Shown: piece by piece, positions 27,826 to 38,690 of the stretch
Layout: each line of letters starts with the position of its first letter
How positions within the stretch are numbered: the first letter of the stretch is position 1
Source of the DNA: a virus
DNA length: 64,000 bases
Virus record (IMG/VR): IMGVR_UViG_3300028029_000006
Span: 345,148 to 409,147 of that record
Direction: 5' to 3' (one strand)
The notes under the pieces: generated by a model
The model's database searches: none
What the model was told of the DNA's origin: nothing
The model's input: the letters and a program-made list of their open reading frames with translations, nothing else
Made by a program: the position numbers and the translations under genes

Positions 27826-28167
27826 CTAAAGTTCAAACTGCTTTCTTACTTCATCTATTTTTAGTTTATTATGAAAGTCTAAATAATGTAAATGTACAAT
27901 TTTCGTAGTTTTATGTTCAAGTAATTTATCGAAAACCGCTACATTTTCGCTATCAAAATTTGATTCTTCTTCTAGTGTACACTTATTGCAAATACGAGTT
28001 TTTATTCCTCGTATAGGTTTTAAATCATACTCATACCCTTCAAAAATTTTTGTTATTGCATAAATTAATTTATGATTGCAATTAGATTTTATTTCTGATA
28101 TTAATTTCTCTTTTTTATCTTTAAGTTTCAATAATTTCTTGTTAATTTTTTTAATTTTATTCTTCAT
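27826..28167 (-). CDS. Hypothetical protein
   Basis: CNH..CNKC. Confidence 0.5.
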   Translation of the reverse strand: MKNKIKKINKKLLKLKDKKEKLISEIKSNCNHKLIYAITKIFEGYEYDLKPIRGIKTRICNKCTLEEESNFDSENVAVFDKLLEHKTTKIVHLHYLDFHNKLKIDEVRKQFEL

Positions 28168-28369
28168 TTTATTTCCTTAATAATTAACAAATGTTTAAAT
28201 TCATTAATCAAATCTTTAAAGATATTTTCATTAATTTCAATGTTAATTGAATTATATGGACATCCTTTAATTAATTTAGCTGAAGAATATTTATTTGAAA
28301 CATTTTCCCAAATATTAATTCCACAATCTATATCAACTAAATGTTGATGCAATGTTAAAGATATAATCA

Positions 28370-28582
28370 TTAAAAATGAACCTTTCCATCATCATAACAT
28401 TTATTGCTACATTTTGCATGTTCAGATAAACAACTCTTCTTTTTATCTTTTATGCAATCACAAAAAACATGATCACAAAAATGCCTACAATCATTTGGAT
28501 CTTGATATGAACTATGGCAATCTCCATTAGTTTCATGTAATGGTTGAGAATTAATTACCAAAAATAATATCAAAAATAACAT
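28370..28582 (-). CDS. Small secreted Cys-rich protein
   Basis: Hydrophobic N-terminus plus 8 Cys. Confidence 0.45.
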   Translation of the reverse strand: MLFLILFLVINSQPLHETNGDCHSSYQDPNDCRHFCDHVFCDCIKDKKKSCLSEHAKCSNKCYDDGKVHF

Positions 28583-29107
28583 TTATCTCCAAAAAGCAAT
28601 TGCTAAAGCCGAAATGCTAGGACCATCTTGCATCTCTCCACTAATAAGCATTTTCTTGATAATGTCAATGGAAAAATACTGACAATCAACAATTCCCTCT
28701 TCTTCTTGACGATTTTCTCCAATAGAAATTATATCTTTAGCAATGAATATATGCCCAATATTATTGGATAAACCAGCTCCAATTGGGAACTTAGCAATTT
28801 CTTCCCATGAATTTGCGATTAACCCAGTCTCTTCTTGCAACTCTCGTTGAGCCGCAATCAATGGTTCTTGCCCATCTGTTGATCCAGCAGGAACTTCCCA
28901 AGACCAAGTATTAGTAGGATATCTAAATTGTTTTATTAAACAAACTTCTTTTAAAGAATTCATTGGTAAAATAAAAACTGATTCATGTTTATCTACTATG
29001 TAATAAGAGCTACTTTTACCATTTGGTCTGACTACTTTATCTTCCCTAATTGAGAAATAAGGGTTTGAGTAAACTCGTTTTTGGCTTAATGTTTTCCAAT
29101 ATGTCAT
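28583..29107 (-). CDS. NUDIX hydrolase (ADP-ribose pyrophosphatase-like)
   Basis: QFRYP, EVPAGSTDGQEPLIAAQRELQEETG Nudix box. Confidence 0.9.
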   Translation of the reverse strand: MTYWKTLSQKRVYSNPYFSIREDKVVRPNGKSSSYYIVDKHESVFILPMNSLKEVCLIKQFRYPTNTWSWEVPAGSTDGQEPLIAAQRELQEETGLIANSWEEIAKFPIGAGLSNNIGHIFIAKDIISIGENRQEEEGIVDCQYFSIDIIKKMLISGEMQDGPSISALAIAFWR

Positions 29108-29117
29108 ATTTTACCTC

Positions 29118-29131
29118 AATAAAATCCCATA
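29118..29131 (+). promoter_or_regulatory. Putative late promoter AATA-N6-CATA
   Basis: AATA AAATCC CATA, 6 nt before ATG 29138. Confidence 0.5.
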
Positions 29132-29137
29132 TAAGGG

Positions 29138-29527
29138 ATGAAAAAGATATCTAAATTAGCTAGAAGGTTTAAGAAATTAAGTGATGATTTAAAAGCTTCG
29201 GCTCTTAAGAACGCTACAAAAAACATTGGGTTTAATATTCGCAACAGATTAATTGATCAAGGTGATTCATCTATAAAATTCAACGTTGTTCAAGGTATAA
29301 GCAAATCACCCTCAAACTTTAAAGAAACACCATATATTAAAATGACTTTTTTTGTTTTTGATCCTATTCATGGGAATCATGAAAAAGCTTTGAAACAGTT
29401 TAATATGGTTATAGCTTTGTCAAAAAAACTACATCAAATGTTTGCAAAAGATGTTTTGAAAGATTTAGTTATTGAAATTAAGAATGGTGACATTCCAGGT
29501 GGAGCAAGTCAAGTAATTAAGAATTGA
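29138..29527 (+). CDS. Leader-family protein
   Basis: MKKISKLARRFKKLSD; counter-oriented single gene. Confidence 0.6.
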   Translation: MKKISKLARRFKKLSDDLKASALKNATKNIGFNIRNRLIDQGDSSIKFNVVQGISKSPSNFKETPYIKMTFFVFDPIHGNHEKALKQFNMVIALSKKLHQMFAKDVLKDLVIEIKNGDIPGGASQVIKN

Positions 29528-29597
29528 GCTGATGGAGGGAATCGAACCCACAACGTATCATTACAAAAGATATGTTTTACCGTTAAACTACATCAGC
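29527..29597 (-). tRNA. tRNA-Thr(TGT)
   Basis: GCUGAUG/CAUCAGC acceptor, loop UU-UGU-AA, T loop UUCGAUU. Confidence 0.85.
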
Positions 29598-29633
29598 TAA
29601 GCGCAAGGTATCTAATGATACCTTGCAATTATA

Positions 29634-31016
29634 TTACCAGTACCTGTTGTAAGGCAAAGTTCCGTAAGGAATGTTATCGAATGATGGGAACGCCCATGGT
29701 GGGAGTGCGCCAGGAGGAGCAGAAGGATCAACTACCGCAGCAGTTAAACGATGTAGGAAGACGAACCTAAGAAGCTCTTTTGCATGTTCACGACTTCCTG
29801 AAAAGCCAATTCGCTCAAAATATTTAGGAGCAAGTATTTCGTGCATCCTTAATGCAATTTCATCAAACAGCCTACTAATACCAGCTGATGCATGAAAGTC
29901 ATAAGGATCAGAAGGATTTCCATCATCTTCTAAATCATCTGGAAAGAAATCATCTGAAGTTAAACCATCAGCTTGAATTGAGCCTAAAGCTCCCCAAAAT
30001 GCACCATGAAGGTCAAAAATCCATTCTTTTGCATGATCAATATCTTCTTTAACTTTTGCTCCTGAAGAAACATTAAAATGTCCCCACACCCCTTGTTCGC
30101 AAACACCAGCATCTGCTAAACCACCTAAGTAATTAAGTAAAGTAATCATGCCGTCAACATTTTGCACAACAGACATATTAACAAATACTAATCGACCAGG
30201 CTGGAGAATATCAACTACCATACAGCTTTTACCAGGAGTAATCACAATTGAATCAGCTGGAGTATGAGCTACAGCAACAGGTGTATGTAATCCAAATTGA
30301 TGACCGTCAAACATGAACGTACCATCTCTCTTACGAATAACTGTAACACCAGGAATTTTGAAAATAGGAGTTACTAAAGGTAAATTATTAACTTCAACTT
30401 CTCTTAAATACCATTTGCTAACAATAACTCTAATAGAAGGGTCAGCTAACTTAAGACCTAAAAGGTTACCAGTATGATCCGCATGAGGGTGACTAGGAAC
30501 CATAGCTCCAATCGGTTTGGTTGGATCTAAAGCCTCAATTCTAGCTAGAAGTTGAGCAAGTTCTTTACCTCCACCTTGAAGCTGACCATTAACAACAGGA
30601 GCAAACCCACTGTTATGACCACCCATATCTACAACTAGCTTCTTATGTGGACCAACCCAAACTAACGTTTGAAACAAGCCACACTGCACAATGTATTCTT
30701 TTGAATGAGTAGTTGTGGCTAGTAGTTGAGTATGACAAAGCTGATCGACATATTCTGATGAATCAGATGATACTTGATACCTTTCACCATTTGTTACTTG
30801 AGTTGATGATTCAGGAATAAAAACATCACTAGCTAAAGGAACCTCGGTTGGACTAGCAGTTACACTATCACACACTTGAGGCCCTGGAAGAGGTGAACTG
30901 CCCCCACCTCCTTGCGACATATGTTGACTAACAACTCCTACCGTTGGAGTTTCATTTGAGGTTGAACACCCCATCAGGGCTAAAATTAAAAAAGGGATTA
31001 CTTTATTTAAACTCAT
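29634..31016 (-). CDS. Metallo-beta-lactamase-fold lipoprotein
   Basis: Lipobox LMG-C, SHPHADH, AHT, D, GH motifs. Confidence 0.8.
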   Translation of the reverse strand: MSLNKVIPFLILALMGCSTSNETPTVGVVSQHMSQGGGGSSPLPGPQVCDSVTASPTEVPLASDVFIPESSTQVTNGERYQVSSDSSEYVDQLCHTQLLATTTHSKEYIVQCGLFQTLVWVGPHKKLVVDMGGHNSGFAPVVNGQLQGGGKELAQLLARIEALDPTKPIGAMVPSHPHADHTGNLLGLKLADPSIRVIVSKWYLREVEVNNLPLVTPIFKIPGVTVIRKRDGTFMFDGHQFGLHTPVAVAHTPADSIVITPGKSCMVVDILQPGRLVFVNMSVVQNVDGMITLLNYLGGLADAGVCEQGVWGHFNVSSGAKVKEDIDHAKEWIFDLHGAFWGALGSIQADGLTSDDFFPDDLEDDGNPSDPYDFHASAGISRLFDEIALRMHEILAPKYFERIGFSGSREHAKELLRFVFLHRLTAAVVDPSAPPGALPPWAFPSFDNIPYGTLPYNRYW

Positions 31017-31104
31017 ATTTTGTTTTTCTCTTTCTGTTATTGTTTTATTAATGTTTATATTTTACCTTTAAAATATAAAATTATCTTATATATTATTTAT
31101 TAGC

Positions 31105-31611
31105 TCAACTGCCAAGCAAATAATTTCCCCAAGGCATCCATTTTTCTGGTGACCCTGCCTTCTTCCATATATCTTTACTTATTAAGGATTTACCCATTTC
31201 TACTTCATTTTCTTCAATTAGTTCAAAAATTTCTTCTTGATCTCTAAATCCAACCACTTCAACCCCTGGAGAAGCGAAAATAAATTCTAATTCAGAATCA
31301 CTAAAAAAAATACTATTAAAAATTTCTATTTCAAAATTATCACTCGCTACTTTATCCTCAAATTTACCTGAAGCTCATTTAATTTGCTTTGTTTCTTCAT
31401 TAAATGGAATTATAGATACCCAATTAAGATTGGGATCACTTTCTTCATCACCATTAATGATATTATGACTTTTAACAAAAAGTCTACAATCTAAATCATT
31501 AATTTTACACTTATGAATACCGTCATCAATTGAGTATGTAAAATAATTTTGTATTTTTTTTGCTTTTAATAAGTTTTCACATAGAAAAGCAAATTCATAA
31601 ATATACGCCAT
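31105..31611 (-). pseudogene. Hypothetical gene interrupted by one in-frame TGA at 31375-31377
   Basis: Frame stays open about 90 codons after the TGA (KQIK*ASGKFEDK...WGNYLLGS*). Confidence 0.55.
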
Positions 31612-31758
31612 ATGTCTCTCGCAAAAGTTTTGTTGTCTTTCTTGCCCCTACATTAGTGTTCAATGAAGCTTTTGTCAAGGATTTTTCTACTTAATTCACC
31701 CAGGTAGTTTTATCACTACGATGATTGATCGTATTATAAAACTAAAGAATTAATAACT

Positions 31759-31772
31759 AATAAATTATCATA
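31759..31772 (+). promoter_or_regulatory. Putative late promoter AATA-N6-CATA
   Basis: AATA AATTAT CATA upstream of fibre-like gene. Confidence 0.45.
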
Positions 31773-31797
31773 ATTACGAAACTTTAATTATTCTTTT

Positions 31798-33876
31798 ATG
31801 GGTACAAATATGAACGTTGGTTTTAATACAAATTTTAAAAAGGGTTTTGATTCAAAGTTTGTTGTTAAGAATAATTCAACAAAAAGAACGATCAAGATTT
31901 TTGGAATGAAAATTGTAGTTGGGGCAACTTATGACCTAATGAATATTCCATATGTCTCTGAAGCCGATATTAAGAATTCCTTATTAAAAGGAGAACTTCT
32001 AAAAAAGATTCAGCAAAACATTATAACCATTGAAGATTCTTCAATTGATTTAGTCCAATATAACTCAGAATTTGCAACATTCTTGGAAAATGCTGGTGCT
32101 GATATTGGAACGGGAGATCTTAAAGGAATGCGGGGAGTAGCTAATGTTTTAGCTTTAACAGCTTTGGATATTGGTTTGTACCCAAATGGTTCTGTAATTT
32201 CTGTTTCAACATTAGATGATTCTTTTATACTGAAAAAAACAGCTGCTGACACAGCGGATGGTATTACAATTGTTAATACAAGCACTGGAATAGGAAGATG
32301 GTTTAGGCAACAAACAGAGAGTAAACGTTGGTTAAACCAATCAACTTGGTATGTTAACGCTTCAACAGGAGATGATGAAAATGATGGTTTAACTTCTGAT
32401 GAAGCTTTAGCTTCATTGGCTGAGTTTAATCGAAGAATTGGCACTGGAACTGTTCCTAATTTTACATTTTTAACAGTTGAAACTGATTTAAATGAAGAAG
32501 TCCCAGGGTTTGGGGTTACAGCTTATACTTTTGAAGGTAATTATAAAGTGGGCCTTTTTGTTCAGGGAGATCCGACAGTGTTGGGAACTGGAACGCTTAC
32601 TGATGTAACAGCTTATGATGAAACAATGTCGCCAGGAATTACTGGGATGATTGAGGATACTAATATACCTGTCTCTTGGACTGCTAGTGGATTTTTTAGT
32701 AAATTAATTAGATTAACTTCAGGATCAAATTCTGGAGCTATTGGGTGGATTATTAAAGACCTTGGTACTAAACAAGCTAGATTCAGTCCTCTTTGGAGAG
32801 ATAATTCATTCGCAACTGTTACTCCAACTATTGGTGATGATTATGAAATTCTAGATCTAATTACTCTTCATGGGGGCCCAATTAAAGCAGCCCCAGCAAA
32901 CGGATCAGCAATACAGTTTAATTATATTCATTTTACTAAACCAGATCTTAGCTCAAATGATTCTAATTTAGAATCTGTTAATGGAAAAGTTTTCACAACT
33001 GGTTGCTGGTTAGAGGCGCCTCATTGTACTCAAGACAATGGTTGTTCAAACGGAGTCCACAAAGGCTCATTATTTGATCAAAATGGAACTACTTATCAAG
33101 TAAGATCTGGACAAGCTGATTTTTATGGTTGTTGTTTTGCAAGTGTTATAAGAAGTACAGGCACAAGAGGTAACTTAGCAATTATTGCTCCTTGCGTAAT
33201 TCAAGCGGGTATTGGCGGAGTTCAGCCATTAGGTGTTGATTTAAGATTTGGTGGGCATTTATCAATTAATTCTGGAGCATGGTTAGCAGGTTTTGACCAA
33301 ACTTATACAGTAGACCCTGTTATTAGTGTACATAGCGGGAGTGTTGCTAGATTAATTGGAAAAGTATGGGGAGTAGATTGGGCTGGTAGAGGTGCTTGGG
33401 TTGATACTTCAGGTTCTATTTCTTATTCTACAGGCAGTGATTTAGTAGATCATTTAGATGTAGCTGGTACTGCAGAGGAAATTCAAGTTGGTGGTGTGTC
33501 AACAACTTATGCCGCAATTGGATCTGATGGGGTTTTCACAACTAATAACGCAATTATTGCGCCAGCTGCTTTTGCTGCAGCAACAGCAAGTCCTGTAATT
33601 TACCCCACAACCAGCGTAACAACAACATACGCAGCTTTAAATATTAATGATGTAATTTTGTCTGATGCAACTGGTGGATCATTTTCAGTGACATTACCTT
33701 TGGCCGCCGAATCTTTTAAAAAAATTATAATTAAAAAAATTGATGTAAGCGGAAATACCGTTACTGTTGATGGTAATGGAGCAGAAACAATTGATGGTCA
33801 ATTAAATTATCAGTTAACACTTCAATATGAGTCAATCACTATTATAAGTGATGGTACTCAGTGGTTTATTATATAA
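31798..33876 (+). CDS. Tail-fibre/virion appendage-like protein
   Basis: G/T/S-rich beta structure, YVNASTGDDENDG motif, C-terminal VTLP...KKID...TIDG...SDGTQW module. Confidence 0.7.
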   Translation: MGTNMNVGFNTNFKKGFDSKFVVKNNSTKRTIKIFGMKIVVGATYDLMNIPYVSEADIKNSLLKGELLKKIQQNIITIEDSSIDLVQYNSEFATFLENAGADIGTGDLKGMRGVANVLALTALDIGLYPNGSVISVSTLDDSFILKKTAADTADGITIVNTSTGIGRWFRQQTESKRWLNQSTWYVNASTGDDENDGLTSDEALASLAEFNRRIGTGTVPNFTFLTVETDLNEEVPGFGVTAYTFEGNYKVGLFVQGDPTVLGTGTLTDVTAYDETMSPGITGMIEDTNIPVSWTASGFFSKLIRLTSGSNSGAIGWIIKDLGTKQARFSPLWRDNSFATVTPTIGDDYEILDLITLHGGPIKAAPANGSAIQFNYIHFTKPDLSSNDSNLESVNGKVFTTGCWLEAPHCTQDNGCSNGVHKGSLFDQNGTTYQVRSGQADFYGCCFASVIRSTGTRGNLAIIAPCVIQAGIGGVQPLGVDLRFGGHLSINSGAWLAGFDQTYTVDPVISVHSGSVARLIGKVWGVDWAGRGAWVDTSGSISYSTGSDLVDHLDVAGTAEEIQVGGVSTTYAAIGSDGVFTTNNAIIAPAAFAAATASPVIYPTTSVTTTYAALNINDVILSDATGGSFSVTLPLAAESFKKIIIKKIDVSGNTVTVDGNGAETIDGQLNYQLTLQYESITIISDGTQWFII

Positions 33877-33885
33877 GGATATCAT

Positions 33886-35502
33886 ATGACTTACATCCCA
33901 AAACAAAGATTAACTGTTAGTAATCTCCCAAGCGCCTCTTTATATGTAGGTAAAACTGTTATTGTTACCGATGAAGTTGGTGGTGAGGGTACCGCTATTA
34001 GTGATGGTGCTAATTGGAGAAGAACTGCTGATAATAGAATTGCTCAAGCTTTTCCGTTGACTGTTATCATTAATGGTCAATCAAATGCTGCAGCTGTACC
34101 AGAAGGTACTCTAGGAAGTTCTCGCACAGAAAATCATTTGGGAGCTGATATTTTAGCCTGGGGCGAGACCGCAGGTGCGTTTGTACAAATGGTGGATGGT
34201 CATGCAAGTGCAAAATCTACCCTTGGTCCTGGAGGCGGAGCTATGGGATCATTGCTTCTTAGAAGGTTAGCTGACGCCACTGGACAAACAGTTAGAGCTT
34301 ATACGCTTGCTTACACAAGTCAAGCTATCTCTTATTTTGAACCTGGAAGCGCAACCAACGCTTTTTTTGGTGATAACTCTTAACATGGCTCTTTAAATAA
34401 TTATGATTTAATTAATAGTTATGTAACTAGTAGTGGCATTGTTCCAGAACTATATGTTTGGGTTCAAGGGGAGGCCAATGGTGCATCAACGCAAGCCAGC
34501 TACTACGCTTCGCTTAAGGCTATTTATGATCAAACCCAAATAGATTATCCGGGAATCAAATGGGTTATTGTTTCTACTATTGGAGACGCACAAGCCCGAG
34601 GGAGTAGTTTGCTTCCTGTAATTGGAGTAAGAGATGCTCAAAAGCAATTAGCAGATGAGAATCCAAATTCAATATATTATATTGATAACACTGATATGGA
34701 AGGCTCTACTACTTATTTTGATAGTGTGCATTATGGTTACTATGCCGGATATGACGAAACAGGCGAACGAATTTTTTCAGCCCTCAAAGGCGAAACAAGA
34801 GATGATGTAAAGCAAATTTTGGATATCAAGGATGTTATTTCTTGGACAGAATTTTTTACTAATAAACATACGGTAACTTCTGGTAATGTAGTTCAATGGC
34901 AATCTGATATATCTCCAAATACAACGGTATTGGTGCCACATACTAATGCCCCACTTCATATTGGATCTGATCCTGAATTTAATAATAAAACAGTTATTGA
35001 GTTCGATCCTGATAATGGTGAAACACTAAAAGTAATCGGATTAACTGGCGAAAATGATTGGACGATTTTTAGTGTGGCCAAAATAGATGATTTAGTTGGA
35101 AATCAATATTTAGCAATGATTCAAGACGTAAGCTCCGCTAATCGAAGTGGCCTTCTTATTAACGGTGGAAGCAATCGTCACACCTATTTTTATGACGGGG
35201 GAGCGTCAGATTTTGATTTGCTTCCATCTGCATTTGATGTTGGCGTTCATACATTTTGTTTTACTTTAGATACCACTGGTGGAGAAGTTAATCTTTATGT
35301 TGATGGTGTTTTTGCAGGAACAGATTCAATAGCTAGTACGGAAACTGGTATGACTGAGGTTTGGGTTGGATCTCTATTGAACACTTCAATTATTAACGGA
35401 CGAATCGCTGCTTTTGGATTTATACAAGGAACAATTGCAACAGCAACTGAAGCTGCCAATATGCATGCTTGGGCCGCTGTTGAATATGATTTGCCGGGAT
35501 AA
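33886..35502 (+). CDS. Virion-associated SGNH/sialate O-acetylesterase-like plus LamG-like protein, with one in-frame TAA at 34381-34383
   Basis: GQSNA, WVQGEAN and DSVH blocks lie in one frame on both sides of the stop; C-terminal LYVDG..NGRIA LamG pattern. Confidence 0.75.
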
Positions 35503-35547
35503 ATTATTTACTAACAGCGATGTTGTTTTATGGCTTAAAATATGCTG

Positions 35548-36048
35548 TTACATTAAACTCCATATCTTATCCCATTTTTCAGTCATTTCATCACAATAAT
35601 GTTTATAATTTGATGCTTTATCAATTATTTCACCATCATCATTAATAATTACATCATCACCATGAAAAAATCTTTTTACTTTAAAACTATTAGTATTAGT
35701 TACTAATACCCATGAATTATTACATTTCATGTTTGATCGTAAAATTTCTTCTTTATCATCATCTCTTTCGGTAATTTCATCAAAAGTTTCTACTTTACCA
35801 CTAAGATAATGTAATCCACTAGTTTTTATTTTTTTAGATACAAAATCTAAAGGTGCATCATCTTCATCTAACTCTAGATATGTTTCAAAATAAAACCCAT
35901 ATGGTTTAGCACTGTATCTTTCTGAAATGTTTTTTGACATTTCAATTGCTTTTTTAATGTCCCAAGTATTAATTGCTTTTGATGATGATTCGCTAAATAA
36001 AGTGCCAGGCGACTCAAATACTACATAATTACATTCTTTTGTTTTCAT
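35548..36048 (-). CDS. Hypothetical protein
   Basis: Intact ORF. Confidence 0.55.
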   Translation of the reverse strand: MKTKECNYVVFESPGTLFSESSSKAINTWDIKKAIEMSKNISERYSAKPYGFYFETYLELDEDDAPLDFVSKKIKTSGLHYLSGKVETFDEITERDDDKEEILRSNMKCNNSWVLVTNTNSFKVKRFFHGDDVIINDDGEIIDKASNYKHYCDEMTEKWDKIWSLM

Positions 36049-36079
36049 TAAGTTTTCTTTCTATTAACTATTAAATCTT

Positions 36080-36490
36080 CTATATCATCAATAAAAGAGT
36101 TAAAATAGATCCAATATGTTTATTAATTGATAAATTTTCTAAAAGTAAATCTTCACATTCTTCTTCATTGTCTGAAATTATGAAATTATAACCATGATCA
36201 TAAAATAAAGCATTAAGAATTCTAGATAAAATTTCATTATTAATATCATTTAATTCTAATTCTTTAATTTTATTAATTACATTTTCTCTTACAGTTACGG
36301 TGCTATGCCATCCTATTTTTTCTTTTCTCCAATTCTCAAATATTTTGACCCAAGGTTCCCATACTTTAATAAAATAGTGTTTATAAGTATAAAGTATTTC
36401 TTCACCAAAAACATGAGGATTAGCATTATATGCAAAATTAAGTTTATGTTTTATTAATTTAATGGTAAATTTAATATGATTTTCATTCAT
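36080..36490 (-). CDS. Hypothetical protein
   Basis: Intact ORF. Confidence 0.5.
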   Translation of the reverse strand: MNENHIKFTIKLIKHKLNFAYNANPHVFGEEILYTYKHYFIKVWEPWVKIFENWRKEKIGWHSTVTVRENVINKIKELELNDINNEILSRILNALFYDHGYNFIISDNEEECEDLLLENLSINKHIGSILTLLLMI

Positions 36491-36527
36491 ATCTTTAACT
36501 TTACGCCCATTTTTGGTTACCTAAAAT

Positions 36528-37364
36528 TCATACATCTACTAACTCTAAAATTTCTAATTTGTTGCTTCTAATCTTCTTGTTATTATGTACAATTGCTCCA
36601 ATACTCTTAATCGGAATTTTTACCTTGAATATTTTACCTTCTGAATAATAATTCTTTGCTTTTTCAATTGTCCAAGAAGATAATCCAAATGAGTTTTCAT
36701 TATTAATATTCATATCACAATGACATTCATATGTTCCACCTAATTCATATTTATATTGAAAATTAAAAACACTATGACCATCTTCTTTTACTGATTTATA
36801 TGCTATAATTGTTGTTTCATTATCTACAATTTCATAATTAGTGTTCTCTTTAATATATTTTAATTTATCTTCAACTGATTTGTATAACCAATTTGTTTCA
36901 GGGTTAGGTTCAGGTAAACCAACCTCTTCCATGAATTCTTCAGATAGTTTTTGATAAAAAGATATTGCAGACCACCAACCTTTATCTTTAAATTCTTTAA
37001 TAAAATCTTCAGATAGTTTTTGACATCTAAATATATCATACCAATCTACTTTATCTTCAAACTCTCTAATAAAATCTTCAGATAATTTTTTATATTTAGA
37101 TATATCATACCAGTTTAATTTATCTTGAAATTCTCTTATAAAATCTTCTGATAAATCTTGATATCTTGATATATTTTTCCAATTTACTTTATTTTGAAAT
37201 TCTCTTATAAAGTCTTCTGATAACTTTTGACCAATAGATATATTAAACCAATCTACTTTATCTTGAAATTCTTCTCTTGATTTTTTATATAATTTACCTT
37301 GTTTGGTGAAATTCATCTCTGAACAATTATATTCAGAAGCTATTTTTTTAATTAATTCTTTCAT
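36528..37364 (-). CDS. 22-aa Trp-repeat protein with extra C-terminal domain
   Basis: Five repeats, then IAYKSV...ENSFGLSSW...KIR domain. Confidence 0.75.
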   Translation of the reverse strand: MKELIKKIASEYNCSEMNFTKQGKLYKKSREEFQDKVDWFNISIGQKLSEDFIREFQNKVNWKNISRYQDLSEDFIREFQDKLNWYDISKYKKLSEDFIREFEDKVDWYDIFRCQKLSEDFIKEFKDKGWWSAISFYQKLSEEFMEEVGLPEPNPETNWLYKSVEDKLKYIKENTNYEIVDNETTIIAYKSVKEDGHSVFNFQYKYELGGTYECHCDMNINNENSFGLSSWTIEKAKNYYSEGKIFKVKIPIKSIGAIVHNNKKIRSNKLEILELVDV

Positions 37365-37369
37365 ATTAT

Positions 37370-38331
37370 TTACCCTAAAATCCACTCTGCATCATGAGAC
37401 ATTTTAGTATCATAAATTGAAAACTCAACAATTTCCTTCTCAACCTCAAATCCCTCATTAGATAATTTATTTTTGATTTTATCAAGATGAGATTTAAATT
37501 TCTCAAATACCTTTTCATAATCACGATATGTGATCATAATATTAACAATATCATCATTAACCTTCTTAAATATATTTTGAGATTTCCTCGCACCAAACTC
37601 ACAAGCAATCTGTGCCAACTCTTCCAATCTAGAAGTAGGAGCACAAACATTAAGATGACATTCGAAATAACAATGTTCAGGCATTATAGGTTGCTGGTGT
37701 TTTTCGGAAGGTGCTGCAGGGTGCCAAGGAATTGTCTCAATCTTTTCCCTTATAACCTTCCAACCTTTAAGATTTAAACCATCTGAAATTCTTTTCATCT
37801 CCTGAAAAGCTCCCCTGTTATCACCCATAAATACAGAAGATGTCATTAAATCCTTAAAAACAGCTCCATCTTTCAAATGCAAATCAAGAAGAATAGGTTT
37901 GATTTTAATATCCAAACAGTTCTCTTTAAAATATTCAAGCTTATCTTTAGATGATAAAGTATCAAAACTCTCATTAAAATCTACTGTAATATGAATTTCA
38001 TAAGGGATTGGGTACTTAACTTTACCTTCACGAGCTTGAAGATCAGCCCATTTTTTAGATTTAAGATTAAGCATCTCTTCAATTTCATCATCAGTTGCCT
38101 CTAATTCATACGCAATTGATAAAACTGTTAAAATTGTATCACAAACCTCTTCAATAATTTTCTTACGTCCAACAAATCTATGAATAGTTCCCGGAGCATT
38201 ATCAAAAGGCAAAACACATTTAGCAAGTTCACCAACCTCTTCACTTGCTTTTAATGCCTTTTGGCTTAATGTCTTCTTGTCATTACTTGTTAAATGACGA
38301 ATGTAATCTGATAATTTTTTTTTTCTAACAT
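37370..38331 (-). CDS. MazG-like NTP pyrophosphatase fused to an uncharacterised domain
   Basis: KASEEVGELAK...EEVCD; YEIHITV / YFECH duplicated domain; probable start ATG at 38331 broken at A10 run. Confidence 0.75.
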
Positions 38332-38551
38332 TAAATATTCTTCTTTCCAACTTTTGTATTGAGGTTGACTTTTTTTTTATTTCTTTTATTCTAAAACCTA
38401 CATCTCTAATAGTTTTTTGTAATAATAAATATCTTTCTGATTTTTCTGGAGGAGCCAATCCTAGCAATGAAGATCGAATTTTTTCTTCATTATATGAATA
38501 AACTAACTCATTTCTACATTATATCCAAATGCGCATAATTCCAAAAACCTG

Positions 38552-38626
38552 CACTCTGTGTCGGATTCGAACCGACATTATCCTGATTGAAAATCAAGAG
38601 TCCTAAACCAATTAGACGAACAAAGC
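38552..38626 (-). tRNA. tRNA-Glu(TTC)
   Basis: Cloverleaf with loop UU-UUC-AA. Confidence 0.88.
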
Positions 38627-38631
38627 AGCTC

Positions 38632-38690
38632 AGTGGCTTCTAGGGAATTGAACCCTTATTTGCGCATTGCTACCAAGCAACAAAGCCACT
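38632..38690 (-). ncRNA. tRNA-like element lacking the anticodon arm
   Basis: GUGGCUUU/GAAGCCAC stem, UUGCU-UGGU-AGCAA D-like arm, AGGG-UUCAAUU-CCCU T arm. Confidence 0.55.

Noticed and set aside
15512-37364. Diversity-generating retroelement acting on the repeat genes
   Set aside because: No reverse transcriptase in the window and no adenine-specific template/variable repeat pair evident
37370-38467. 365-aa MazG with long basic N-terminal extension
   Set aside because: The fusion depends on an A10 run; an ATG at 38331 in another frame gives a more plausible start
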